Under the pieces are notes generated by a model that saw nothing but the letters and a program-made list of their open reading frames with translations, made no database searches and was not told the origin of the DNA. The translations under genes and the position numbers were made by a program. A DNA stretch of 54,249 bases, counting the filler, from Sluysia triapertura (taxonomy: Eukaryota), in the NCBI GenBank assembly GCA_046118255.1. It is 4 parts of 4 records of this genome, joined end to end, with 100 filler letters (N's around TTAATTAATTAA, not from the genome) between each part and the next. Parts side by side here need not be neighbours in the genome. Positions count along the whole stretch, not along the records: positions 26,638 to 42,917 come from JBJNIA010207590.1; 3 more parts are not named here. The stretch is one strand, 5' to 3'. Positions 26,638-39,949 of this stretch are shown in pieces (position 1 is the stretch's first letter; every line of letters begins with the position of its first letter).

Positions 26638-27114
26638 TATCGTTTTTCCAAATAAGTTTTTTTACGTTTTTCTCAGGAACGTATCTACCGTGTAAATCGG
26701 GGGATAGGTGTATTTTTAAGTAGAAAGAATTCCGTCTTTCTTAAACATTTCATTATCTTCAATGATAAGACATTACCTGGTAAGTGGTTATACATTTTTG
26801 CATATTACATATCAGACATCTCACAAAAAATGTAGAATTTGTATATCTTAATGATATTAAAGATGCTCCTCTTTATATTGATGCTACTAATGAAATTGAA
26901 TTTAAGTTGCTTTTTTAATTACTGGTAGCCTTTACTGCTCTACATATATTTTGTGTTCGATCTTACTCTTGGTTTGATTGATCCATCATATGTGTAAGAA
27001 CAAAAATGATTAATAAATGAATTAAACTTTATATTATTTAAGGAAAAAACAAATCAAATAGATCATTAATTGTAGATGAAAATATTAGATTAACAAAGAT
27101 AAATTTGTATTTAA

Positions 27115-28170
27115 TATTGCCAACTTTAAGAGTGTATTATTTTTTTGTAAAGTTACAAAAAAAATCATTGCAAGCTCTAAAAAATATTAAAATATATGGC
27201 ATCGCAGACCTCGCCAAATATAGTGTATTGGGCTCTGGTGTCGCAGTATAAAATTGGTTTGCCAAATTTCGTACAGGTACATTTGATCTCACATATGAAC
27301 CACATGATCACTCAAAATCAAAGGTCAGTTATGACAAACTAAAAGTTACCGTTGAGTCTGATTCATCTTAGAGTGTCTATGAATTACCGGTGAAGTTTGG
27401 TGTTAGAAAATAAATATTTGGCTAAAATAGGTAAAGTGAAAAGTTTGGATACGTGGATTCCATATGAACTGAATGAAAAGCAGAAGAAAAGCGTTTCTTA
27501 ATGTTGCTTTCTCATCACAAATCTGATTCATTTTTGAATTGATTTATCACTTGTGATTAGAAATTGATCAAATATGCAATCTACAACATTCAACGCAGTG
27601 GTTGGACAAGGATAAATAACCAAAACACACTCTAAAGTGCAATATTCATCAAAAGAAACTGGTGGTAAGTGCTTGGTGGTGGTTTGACGCAAGTGTGAGT
27701 AATAATGATTTCATTAAACGTGGCTCATTCATCACAACAGGAATATACTGCACGAAATGATGCAAAAACTTTAAGAATAAGAGACTAAATTAGTCAGCAG
27801 ATCGACTATCATCTTATTACATGATAATGCTAGATCACACATTTTAAAAACACATTAAAAACCAATTAAAGCTATAGGAACTTTCACATCATTCTCCATA
27901 CTCACAAAACACAACCCACGGAAAACTTTTTAACATGAAAGTAATTTAATTCCGACAATGCTGTAAAACATGCCTTCGATGAATTCATTGGTTTTCGTCC
28001 GCCAGTGTTTTATACCACCAACTTGAACATTCTGCTGTTTAAATGACGTTTAAGATACTTCGGCGTAAATAATGCTATTTATTTTTTATTTGATTAACAT
28101 TTATTTTCTTTTCAATTATTACTTTTATTAAATTTTAAATTAAATTTTATTAAGTTTTTAACCCAATTAG
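27115..28170 (+). mobile_element. Second decayed mariner transposon (different lineage from 17328-18388)
   Basis: NWFAKFRTGTFDL (27252), KIGKVKSLDTWIPYEL (cf. WVPHEL, 27454), FITCD*K, IHQKKLVVSAWW, ILLHDNARSH (27820), HHSPYS. Many stops and frameshifts; ends uncertain. Confidence 0.85.
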
Positions 28171-28936
28171 TAATATAATCGCAAATATGTGATTAGAGAA
28201 GTAAGCTCACAATGTGTTCTTGGAGTTTGTTTATACAAGATAGACTATTTTGATTCATAATTTTTTATGTTAAGTTAAATTCTTCACTCATTTAGAGCTT
28301 TTCTTTATTGAGCAGCTCCGTACCAATAGTTAATTCATTTTAAAGATATTTGAATGAGATACATATAAATCAAAAATACTGTAGGTTCACAATTTCTGAT
28401 TTAGATAGAATCAGAACGAATTAGATTGCGTAAGATATTTTGAATTTCTTTATATTAGAAAATTTAGTTAAGTAATCAATCGCAAATACAAGTTATGCAA
28501 TCATATCAAGTGTCAAATGAATATCATGCACACCTAACGAATTGATTTGATAGATAAAAGATAAATAATTATCTTTAAAATCATTAAACAGTAATTTTAT
28601 ATTGTTTTGAATAGTATTATAGTCACAGTAGTCAACATAAGGCATAACTTAAGAACAAATTTATATGGAAACTATGGTTAATTGTACATCGTACAAAAGA
28701 AAATTTTTTAATTAGAAATACATTTTAAGATAAACTAAAAATAATACGAAATAATTCAAATAATAATTTCATACAGCAAATAAATGTAACAGTTTTGAAA
28801 TAGTATTACTTATAATAAAGTTACTGCATATATCAGTAAACAATAGTCACCTACTTAAATAAACATCTCATTATGTCGACAAGCATACAAAATATACCTA
28901 CTATTTTTATCTTAAGTATGACGTAAGTAGGTACAA

Positions 28937-28988
<52 letters not shown>
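28937..28988. repeat. (AAT)n microsatellite, about 17 units
   Basis: Perfect AAT run. Confidence 0.95.
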
Positions 28989-28990
<2 letters not shown>

Positions 28991-29032
28991 CCTATTACTC
29001 TAACGTAATTTATTTTAAATTATAATATAAAT

Positions 29033-29274
29033 CTATGATGGACAACCTATGGCTCTTTTCATAATATTTTTTTCTATCGAGAAAGTCAAATTTAGAAAAT
29101 TTACGATTTAACCTTAAAGTTTATACAATAATCGTTAAATTTTAAAAAATTTGATTTCTCGATAAAATAAAAATATTTAGAGTCACAAAATATTGTGAAA
29201 AGAGAATATATGTATTACTATTTAATAAAAATTTATCTATGGCTCTCTGAAAAATCCATATCCATTCCACACTA
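29033..29274. mobile_element. Palindromic MITE-like element
   Basis: Nested inverted arms CTCTTTTCATAATATTTT/AAAATATTGTGAAAAGAG and TATCGAGAAAGTCAAATTT..ACGATT/AATCGT..AAATTTGATTTCTCGATA (29053-29204). Left end CTATGATGGACAACCTATGGC resembles hAT-type termini. Confidence 0.45.
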
Positions 29275-30759
29275 GTTTTGCGTAATTCGTCATTTTAAAA
29301 GCAAGAATGTAATTGCAACTTTGACACATAAACAATTACCTATTAAAAAGTACATCTACTTAAAAACATATGTAAAGGCAGTCCTAAAACAAAATAAAAA
29401 TGAGAATCTAAAATTTTACTAGCACTTTCATAGATTAAGCACACATTTAAATACTTTTTGAAGTTGTTTTATAGTTAATGCTATAAAATGTATAAATATC
29501 ATCTTGAATATATTACATATCTCAACCATTATTTATTATAACAATATGCACTATAAAATAGATATTCAAAACACATCATTCTCATGATATACATTATTCC
29601 ATTTTTAAAATATCATTCAATAATATATAGCTAATTTTATTGAACTTTCCAATATTTAAATATTATTAAATTAGCGGATGTCTTTGGCCATACTAGTCAC
29701 AATTTAGTAATATTTTAAGAGGTATATGAAAACATAAGCATTTAATATGTAACGGTCATATTACATTGATATATACTTGTAAAAAATATAATAATAATAG
29801 CAATACCTTATTACAATACATCATATCTAATATTAGTAATCGTAATGCAATATGTATATACTACGATTGTATTGCAACATGTTACGTGCAAAATTTTAAC
29901 TTAATAATTCTAACTCTTACAATACAAGAAATACATCTTTTCACCGACCCTATTTAATTTAAGGAACTTGTTTGTGTAGTTTTATTCTTTACCAACAACG
30001 TGAGACAATTTCAGCTATTTATACTATACATTAATAGAGAAAATGAACGAAATTTTTAATTAAGTTGTAAATTGGTTTCTTACGTTTTTTGGTGGCAAAA
30101 GTTGGTCTTATGAAATGTTTACTTTTATCATCATATACATTATTTATTTCACATTTCGATTTATTTTTATATAACATACTGCAACACATAATATTTTAAA
30201 GCAATTAAAAAAACGTTACCAAGAAAGGACAGTTATTATTATTACTTAATAATAATCATCACCATCAATATTATAATAATTTATGTAGCTTTAATATGGG
30301 ACTATAAACACTATTTTTATAAAGTCGGATAATCGCTGAATTTCATAATCATTTCCACAATCGTAATCTAAAAGTAGATCAAGTTCTAAAGTAATTTTCA
30401 TTTTCTTTAAAATTTTATTATACTTTTTTTGCAATTAAAATGTAACACACAGAAATATAAATTCAGATTTCAAATAATATATTATATAATATATTCATCA
30501 TCTGTGTTTTGATTTTATTATATCTTAATGTTTATCACTTTATTTAAACTTTGTACCTTTTATAAACCAGTAGAACGATACCTACAAATTGACCTTCCAA
30601 CTTATTCAATGTCAATTTTCGATCTTGTTTCAGTTCATTTTTTTATAATTCCGTATCAATTTGGCCTATTTACTGAGGAAAATTATAAAGAGACATTCTA
30701 TTTACTCAAAATTTTGAAATTTGTAATAAAATCTACTGTATTATGTGGATCTTATTTGT

Positions 30760-31250
30760 TACTCTGCATTTGATCTTGAACTCCTGGTAATATACTTCTT
30801 CCTTAAACAATTCGAGTATCTACTCATGCCAGCGAAATTCAGTCTGCGAACAGACCACAAGCCGCAGTTTTCTCAATGAAAAATCCATCTCCAAAATATC
30901 AGCATAACTGCTATGCTACTGAACACATCTTTGAACAAGAAGTTGTCGCTAATAGTATAGAATTCTTTCTAATATGCAACGGAATCCTCCTTTACGTCAA
31001 GATATCGCTTGATACTAATACCATTATGTTTCCTGAAGACAATTCTATGAATTTCATGTGCGCTTCTACTACCGACATATCTGTATTACTATTTACGTAT
31101 CGTCTGCATGCTTCAATAACATGATCTACATTCGCTTCCTTTTGATGCTTGACACATATTTTGTCAAACCAGCTATGAACGCAGATTTTACAAAATCGTC
31201 TTTATTTTGTATGATTCAATAAATGTGAGGTACATTCTTTGGAGATGAAA
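30760..31250 (+). mobile_element. Ty3/gypsy pol remnant (RNase H into integrase zinc-finger region)
   Basis: YSAFDLELLVIYFFLKQFEYLLMPAKFSLRTDHKP at 30760-30864 (cf. YS..DRELLAI...KHF..L....F...TDHKP), then ICNGILLY and YFVKPAMNADF. Confidence 0.75.
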
Positions 31251-32699
31251 AAGTTATATAAATATATACATCACCATCAAAATTCTTTATTGAATCATTT
31301 AAGATATAGCTATTTGTGTTGAATAATAGCTTCTGTAGGTAGATTGATAGTTTGGCAATTTTTCAATCAAATGATATTATCATAATTCATTAACATTGCA
31401 TTTAACCAGGATTCAATTTTATGTCAATATAAAATTAACTAAGATTAAATGCAATTCAAGTAGCGATATAATTACAAAAAAATCAATATTAACACATTGA
31501 AGACGATATGTGATGAATTCCCGCATAATCAGTTGAAATTATATAAATTAAAAATTGTGTAAATTAAACGATGTTGCTTGAAATTCCATATAAAGTAAAT
31601 TAGCTTTACATGTTTCCAACGATTGAAAAGAAACCTCATTTCACATCATCCGTCCTCAACGTGTTAATATAATTAACCAACATTATCAATTTAATAATAT
31701 AATCGCAGTTAACAACTATAAATCCGCCAAAATTATCAATTTTTTCTGCAAATACTACTAAATCAATTGAATGCTATTTCTAAGTCGTTTATTTTCAACC
31801 AATAAATTCCTTAATTTTATTCCCTAATAAATTCTTTATGTCATTCTTATGAACATATTTCTTTCTATAGCTAAAGTCATTTAAATAATTTTAATATGTA
31901 AATTCGCAATAACATGGCCAATTGTTTTCTATAATAATTTAGTGGTTACATGTTAGAATGCTTCTTCTCTTCTCTTCTGTACAAAATTAACTTCACTTCT
32001 TCATTTAGATTGTACTAAAATAAAATGTTTTTTTCATTATTACGATACTTACATTTATATATAACCTCATTTACTAAATAAGCATGATAAGTTCCATCTT
32101 ACGTCAACATTATGTATTTGTTGATTTCATTTTTTTAATTTAATAATAATAATAATAATATATTCATTGAAAATTAATTTAATTTACATTTATTTAAAAT
32201 AAAATTTATTTCAAAGTAAAATTAAAATCACTATCATTAATATTATAATATTTTTTATCAATTTAAAATGAGATTTAATAGAATTAGATGAACTCAGAAT
32301 TTCATAACAATTAGTCTTTGATTAAAATAAAATAAGTAATCATTTTAAAATGAGACTACAAAGACAATATAGCATTAAATTTTAAGAACACAAAGATTAT
32401 TCTAATGAGAGTTAGAATTACATTAAATAGAGATTGAATAAAACTAGTATACAATAAAAAAATTAATAACATTATTCTCGATAAAAATTAACTTAAATTA
32501 AAGAGAGCCTTTAAATCGACAATCATATTAAAGTGAAATTTAATATAAATAGCATATAATTAAAATTTAGTAAAATATAAGTCTGAACTGAAAAGCAATA
32601 ACTATCATTATTATTATTATCATTATCATCATCATCATAGTATGAAATTGGTGCTAATAATAATTACTATTATTATTAAACAAAAATCACTACTGTTCT

Positions 32700-32927
32700 A
32701 CCACATAAAAATTTTTATTACTGTGTATTTATTACTTACTGTACAAAATTATACTATTATTACTATATGAAAACATGATTATGTGAAATAATTTAAATCA
32801 CTAAATTTTATATAAACCACATATTTATTACTGTGTATTCACTACTGCACAAAATTATATTATTCTTATTACATAAAAACATATTTATTTTAAATAATTT
32901 AAATTACTAAATTTTATACAAACCACA
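32700..32927. repeat. Diverged tandem duplication, ~106-116 bp unit x2
   Basis: ACCACA...TTTATTACTGTGTATT...ACAAAATTATA...AAATAATTTAAAT.ACTAAATTTTATA repeats; ACCACA at 32700, 32816 and 32922. Confidence 0.8.
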
Positions 32928-34126
32928 CTATAAAAGAACGCACTCTCAGAATAATACTTTTTATAAACATAATTATAGTTTTAACCAAACTTGTTAAACT
33001 GCGAAAATTCTAATATCTATAGTGCTGCTTTTGATTAAGAAGATTATCCATCCTCATTGTAATTCCTAAGAAAAACTATGGATTTTAAGAAAAATTTTTT
33101 GAATTCATTTTGTAAAGAAAATTAACTATTGATTCGGTGGATTAAAAATTTATTATCAATTTTTATTAAAGACGAAACTATTCGATTTTGATTTTTAGTT
33201 TAGACTCTAATATTGTAAAAATTACATCTTTTAACTTTATAAAATTTATTTTCCATTATTCTACTGTGGTTATCTATTATAATAAATAAATTATTAAAGC
33301 TTTATTTTTTATTATTATTTAATTTGATACATACGATGAGAGCAAAAGTATTATTCTGAATTTAAATCCAAACAAATCTCAATATTTATTTGCGTTTCAA
33401 TTCCCTATCATCGTAACGAGTTGTACACTTGCAGACAGAGAAAACAAATATTAGCTAAATAGCAGAACAATAGAGAGTTTAGGTTGCTGTTAACGAATAT
33501 AAGTGATACAAGTAACGATATTTTAAATATTGAGGATTAAGGTTAAGTGAGGTTAAAATTCTATTGAAAAAGTAACTGAAAGATATTGAGTATTAACTTT
33601 TATAAAATTTGTGTTGAAAACCTTAATGTTTATATTTAATATAAATACATATAAAGTTAGCGAGTAGCCAGAGACATTTGAAGCTTCGAATTTTATTAAA
33701 TCAGAATAATTAAATCCAACAAATATAAGAATTTTTGTATATAATTATTTTATTTCATCGAATATAATATAGTTTCGTACTGAATTTGAAAATTTACATA
33801 GAATTTTCTTTTTGTCATGAATTTCATTTGCTAAAACAATGCAATCTATGCAAACTTCAACTTAAGGATCCAGAAACACAAATTGTTTTAACGTTTATTT
33901 AGATAAATAAATGTATATAGCACAAATCGTTCAGGTACTATTTATAATATTAGAAATATTTTCTAATATAAAATACTTCAATCTGAAAAACAATACTTTT
34001 TATTATTTCACAATTATTTCAAATATTAAAACTTTAGATAATTTAATATTGTCTCATAAAACACCTATAAAATTTCAAAAACATTTACATCACCAATAGG
34101 CAAAAATTGAGTCATGCTAACCTTAC

Positions 34127-34788
34127 ATGAAGCCATTTGCTTTTATCTAACGATGAAAATAGACTAGAAACATAAAAATATAATCCCAAGTCATGAAAAG
34201 TACAATAATCGACCTTAAGCATTACAGTTTTCTGTATGTGTTAAACACAACTAATTTAATTATACTTTAATAAATACAATGATTAATTACAGCTTAAAAT
34301 CAGTCATTTACTGGATTTCTTTTTAAATTATTATCTTAATTTTAAACAGTTTGATTTTGAATTTTCTACGAATGTTAAAAACTAGGAATAAAAGCATAAA
34401 ACGTTCCATCAGTAATTTTACACGTACAAAATTATTCCGTTTTAAAATTTCGATTCCATTTTAAATCTATAATTAAATATACCTTCGTTTACTAATTTGA
34501 TTCCCCGTTTCTGTATCTGTATTATGAATTGAAGATAAATGACTGTTTCTAAGTACATAAGACAAAATTAAATTAAATACCTTCTTTTACTACCAACGTA
34601 ATCCCTACTACTGTTATTGACAGACCTCGTTGATCTACGTGATAATCTAGTACTACTGTCACAATTACAAGTTAAATTTTGTTCACTATGTGTAGTTTGA
34701 TTAGGATGGTTTGAAGTTTTATTTACAATTTGATTCTTTTTGTGCTTTCCAGCCATTCCAACATTGCAATAATAATGTTTGTTGTCAG
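34127..34788 (-). CDS. Three in-frame spliced exons (34788-34581, 34548-34483, 34163-34127) of an unidentified protein
   Basis: Canonical GT-AG introns of 32 bp (34549-34580) and 319 bp (34164-34482) keep the frame: DNKHYYCNVGMAGK...VGSKRR|NSHLSSIHNTDTETGNQISKR|SLFSSLDKSKWLH. Bounded by acceptor tttatcag and donor gtaagg. Confidence 0.6.
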
Positions 34789-34824
34789 CTGATAAACGAT
34801 AAATACGAATATAGTAAATTCCAG

Positions 34825-35087
34825 TAACAACTGCTGTAATCGAATCTTCATTTCCATTAATCTCATCTGAGCCCACAAATAATACTAACACATAATTACC
34901 GAGTTTATCGACAAATAACAGCGCTGTTAGTGCAACGAATACGAGTACGTCTCAAAAATTAGCTAATTGGATGAAAAAAACTGCTTGCATTGGCAAATCT
35001 GTCCAACAGTTACCAACAAGAGTTAATCCCGCTTCAGTGCAAAGTAATCAGAATAAATCTCGCAAGAATCGAACTGTTGGTCCAACG
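34825..35087 (+). pseudogene. Ser/Thr/Asn-rich exon-like segment with one in-frame TAA; possibly part of the TRIP12-like gene
   Basis: Translates TTAVIESSFPLISSEPTNNTNT*LPSLSTNNSAVSATNTSTSQKLANWMKK...RTVGPT. Donor ACG|gttagt at 35088 is phase 0, compatible with 38374. TAA at 34893-34895. Confidence 0.4.
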
Positions 35088-35519
35088 GTTAGTTGACTGA
35101 AATATTGATTTGAAATTACCATAAATTAATATGAACCTTAATTTTAGTAATAGAAAATATAAATACACGTTTTATACCAATTACTGAATCTCTACAATCG
35201 AAAAATCTGTCACAATAGCAAATTTAATTTTGAATGAACTTGTATACATGAAATAATTTGCCCTGATTTTCCTAAAAATGGGAAAATAAAGTTTTAAAGT
35301 TTAGTTTAATAAATATATTTAATAAGAAATTTAATATTAATCTCGTTAAATATTTAAATATAATTTATGTTATTTGTAAATCCGTACAATTTAATTCACA
35401 CATTTCATTACGCTGCTATCAGAAACAAAATTTACCTGAGACATTTGTATCTTACATGTTGAAATTGTTTTTGACATTACAAATACAAATATATAATTAC
35501 AAATATATCATTTTGTTAT

Positions 35520-35725
35520 CTTGGAAAATGTCTATATTTCAATTACCAATTTCTAATTGTAGACATTAATTATTATTAATGTGAATTCTCATCTGTTGAG
35601 ACAATAGTAATATTGTCAATATGTGCTGCGACAAATGGCAGACCATGCAGAATTTGATCTCTATGTCTTTGAAAGGTCTGAGCAGCATTTTGGAGACCCA
35701 ACGGAATTCGTGCGTATAGTTGGTT
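35520..35725 (-). mobile_element. Ty3/gypsy reverse transcriptase fragment
   Basis: YARIPLGLQNAAQTFQRHRDQILHGLPFVAAHIDNITIVSTDENSH (cf. RMPFGL.NA..TFQR...YIDDILI.S); YxDD is decayed to HIDN. Confidence 0.8.
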
Positions 35726-36594
35726 CTGTACAGTTAATTTTTTTATTTACAAAAAATTTTTCAAAAACGACGAACATTTTTAAAAACTCCTTTTAAGGTC
35801 AAAACTATTAAAATTCGACTTTAGGTCTTTAACAAAACAAAATGCGAATAAATTAAACAATGCAATCAAATTGAAAACATGAAATTTTATATTAAACCAT
35901 AAAATAACATGATTACAAAATAACATACTTGAACAAAATACCTACTTACGAATACGATGATACCAATATAATAAAACGCAAAGTTAATAATTGCACTACC
36001 AGATTGCGGAAATGATGACGCGTGCTCGAAGGAAAATAGCAATAAATTTATCCATGATACAAATTTACTTTAATTTTTTCGTTACCTCAACAATTGACTC
36101 ACTGAAATATAATGTCAAATAATAATCGTTAGTATCACTAATCTTAACTGATGTCAATACAATAGTATTATAGCTAATACATATAACATCAAAATAAGTA
36201 TTTTGAGATGATTAAAAAATCATCAAGAGCAATTTCTACAAAATTTTCTGTATCCTCTGTATGATTCATGTCCATTTTAAATACTGATATAATACGTAAA
36301 TTTATGACGATGTAGGTAATTGACATGGTATAAACATAACACTTAGCTAATCCGAATAAAAGTGTAAAGATATTTGCACGTTTTAAATCTTGCTTATTTA
36401 AAATTACATAAAATTTTGTGAATAAACAAAAACCTAGTATTATCAATTTCTTATTATTGAAAATTAATTTCTTATTAATAAAATTCATTTTATTAATTAA
36501 AATTTAATTTTATTGTAATTTTATAATAATTAAAAATCATTCCGACTTCATAAAATGTGAAATTTATCTTCAATTTAAAAAAAAACAAAAAGAA

Positions 36595-36742
36595 CTGTAA
36601 AATTGCACAGTGATGTTTTGGACGAGAATATTTGTATTTGTGTTTGCACGTACAGAAGTAATTTGTTTATGTAAGATGTGTTGATTGTGTTGAAGTTTGT
36701 TTGTTATTGTGATGAGTTGATTTTGAGCTCACTATAATTATT

Positions 36743-36745
<3 letters not shown>
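36595..36745 (+). repeat. Short interspersed repeat family B, copy 3 (partial)
   Basis: GATTGTGTTGAAGTTTGTTT and terminal TTGAGCTCACTA (cf. TTGAGATCACTA at ~6957), followed by an (ATT/ATC)n tract. Confidence 0.45.
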
Positions 36746-36777
<32 letters not shown>

Positions 36778-37439
36778 TATCATTAAAAGTTATGGTTAAT
36801 AGAATGTTTTCTAGATTTTGTATGAAAAACGACTTTTGGTATCCTGTAGTGTGAAAATAGTTTAGATTACCATATTTTAATCTTTTGTTTTTTTAAATTC
36901 AACTTTAAAAATGCTAAATACAAGAGAATAATTGAATTATTTAATTAATTGTGCAAATTTCTGTATTTGACAATTATTTAATTGAAGGAAATTTCATGTC
37001 ATGGTGAATAAAATGTTTTGTTTAAAAAGGCTTTTCACAGAGATGGTTATCAATACTTAATATTTATAAGAATCTCGATAAAAAATCATTCGTAGTTCTA
37101 TGTACAACTTATGTGTTATACAAAAAAATGAATTTTTGTAATTCATTACTTGGAAAAATTATTAACTTTACAAAGAACTATTTTGATTACGTAAGCCTCA
37201 CATTATTTTTTAAATCACACATCTTTATACAACATGCGAGTAAAATATTAGTTTCAATTTTGTACATCGAGTATATATGAGCAACATTTCGAACTTAATA
37301 GCAAGTATAAAATCGAACTTAATCTTAAAAAGGTATCATCTAAAAAATAAGTTTTATTTTATAAATTTAAAAAAATATGATATGATACGATAGACTATAA
37401 GAATTACATATTTCATGAAAATTATAAAATTTATTTTTT

Positions 37440-38095
37440 ACAGTTATTGCGATCCATTTTACAAATGAAGTTGATACACATTGTAGTACATTTCAAAGTA
37501 TATTTTTATCTTTTCTTATACATATACATCTTCCTTGCTTAGATGTGGATGGTGGTATTGGCCTTGTTTCCTCAACTTTTGCATCAAGTATTTCTAATAT
37601 TGTTTTCAGTTCATGAGGCAAATTCGTTCTTTAAATAATGGTTCAATAAGAGGAATTCCTATTTCTGAAAAGTAATGTCTTAGATACCATTTGCAGCATT
37701 GAAAAAAAACAAGAATGATGTTCGATTTTTTTTACCCACTGCATTCACTAATCTATTAACTACTTCCAAAGACCATATTCGAGTCATTTGACTAAGGGAG
37801 TGGTTTTTGCATATTTGATCAAATAAATAATTATTTCCTTACTTCAACTTATAATTGTATTATTAGAAACAAATTAAATGATCATGAATAATTTTAAACA
37901 AATTACACTTATTGTATCTTGAGTGAAACATCACTCCAAATCACTTTTCTTTGTTGGGCAGCTAATGAACTTTTTTATAATGAACTCTACTTATGTCATA
38001 CCATGATTAGCGAAAAAAATCAGTTAATCTGGTTTTTTAATAATAGAAAAACAACTTACGTGGGGTGATTTTTAACTATAATATTTAAAGGTTAA
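37440..38095 (-). mobile_element. Internally deleted piggyBac transposon remnant
   Basis: End reads TTAA|CCTTT...AAAATCACCCC. Relic peptides SQMTRIWSL (cf. SR.TRRWP), PLIEPLFKER and C-terminal Cys-rich KQGRCICIRKDK. Confidence 0.55.
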
Positions 38096-38373
38096 AGATA
38101 AGTTTAAATTTCTTCAAACATTTCGCATTTTTTGAGTAAAAAATAATTTTTAATTTTTTTAATGTAATACTAAAATGTTTATCGGAGTTTTCTTAATATC
38201 GAACATATTAAAACATTTTACTTAAAAAGACCAATATTTTAAGAAATCGGATGTGTGGTTATTATATGTTCAATTTGAATTATACGTAAGAGAATTATGT
38301 ATTTAGATTATAAATTTTGGTAATTAATTTCAGAATTAGTTTAAATTAATTAATTTAAAAATTTTATGACCAG

Positions 38374-38788
38374 GATCAAGCTCTAGATATGTCTCTCCGG
38401 AATAGGTCATCTACAACAGTTACGATTTCTGACCAGACGTCATCTCTAGCTCCTTCAAGTTCGTATAATTTAATCCATACTCAAATTCAACATCATTCGC
38501 GTTCCCAGCAAGATAATCTTACTCAATCTTCCACATGTCCTCATTCAGCAGTGTCACCACATCAACCACCGCAATCTCTTCCAGTGTCCTCTATTTCTAT
38601 TGCTACAGCACCTCCTGGGGCTATATCACCTATGTCATCAAATGCTTCAGTACTGTCTTCAAATCGTAAAATAAGTCAAATAATGAATCTGCTCAATCTT
38701 CAGTCGCAAAACTATTACGATTTATATTCAACATCATCTGCGTCTCAAAGCACCCAAGTCACACCACATGATAGTTCTAGAAATGTTG
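38374..38788 (+). CDS. Probable upstream Ser/Gln/Pro-rich exon of the TRIP12-like gene
   Basis: Acceptor gaccag|GAT at 38374, open frame beginning DQALDMSLRNRSS (cf. TRIP12 DDSLDLS), GC higher than flanks. Alternative donors at 38785 (gttggt, phase 0, joins 40499 in frame) or 38789 (gtgatt, phase 1). Confidence 0.6.
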
Positions 38789-39199
38789 GTGATTGTTCGA
38801 TATATTCAGTTTTTATATCATAACAAAGCAATTTTCTTTTAAAAGTATTTATTCAACATTTCGATATCAAAGAGTGCATTAAAAAATTAAACAATATATC
38901 ATTTAAAACATCATTTTAAGCATTTGAAATAGTTTATATTAAAATTATTAAAGTTTTAAAATCCAAAATGTTAACATAACTCATTATTTTGCTGAAACTT
39001 TTCCGCTAAGTCCAGATCTGTGAATCTCAGAATGAAATTCATTCTAAATCAAAAAATTCTTGACAAATTAAAATTGGCTCGAAAATTTGAATTTTAATAA
39101 ATATCCTAATTCAAATATATTATTGACATATAGTGCAACAATTTGAACTATTTGGTTTGGAATTTTTTCAAGTTGAATTAATTGGAAAATTATACACGT

Positions 39200-39480
39200 A
39201 AAATACCTAATTATTTCAAGATACTCATTTGAAAATGGCTATTTTATTGGATCAAGAAAATAAAATCATGAAAGTTCGGGTTTGTTGACTTCATTAGCGT
39301 TTCGTTATTTGGCGATAAAATATGTTTTCAAAATAAAATATAAAGCTAACATAATCGATCCTTGAAGAGTTAGAAAGAGTATTCTTCCATGCTTGCATTA
39401 TTTTTAGAATACATGGATAAATAGATGATGATTAAATTTTATACAAACTTATAGAAAATATAAAATTAGAAAATGGAATA
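39200..39480 (+). mobile_element. Possible hAT transposase C-terminal remnant
   Basis: LKMAILLDQ (cf. AT.LDP), LAFRYLAI and ELERVFFHACII (cf. ERVFS.AG.I) occur in the expected order. Confidence 0.35.
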
Positions 39481-39949
39481 TATGATTATTATGAGAATTG
39501 AAATGACAATATAATAACAATTTTATTATCATTTTGATAAAATTTGTGATTTTTAAAGTTTTTATTTACGCACTTTCTGAAATAAATCTAAAATTTACAG
39601 AATTTATAAATCTAAAATATTTTCTGTTAATTTTATATTTTATCAAAATAATATCAAAATTAATTTTTTATATTATTGAATGCATGACTACCACGACTTT
39701 AAACTTTTATTTTAACAATATTTTTTCCTTTATTCTTGTCTACTATTGTATTAGGATGTTTTACATCCTTTTCGTAATACCATTTTAAAATCGATAAACA
39801 ATAGCATATTTAATCTATTACCAAAAATAGTGTAACTAAATGTAATGCAATTTTTAAAAATGTCAGTTAAATTAAAATGGAAAAATTGTAGTAGGGGACG
39901 TAATCTGGTATTGTGGGAAAACAGAAATAAGCACATACATAATGATATG

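Noticed and set aside
34127-34163. Calling the minus-strand exons a myotubularin gene
   Set aside because: SLFSSLDKSKWLH fits loosely, but no HCSDGWDRT-type or DPYYRT motif was found downstream on that strand.
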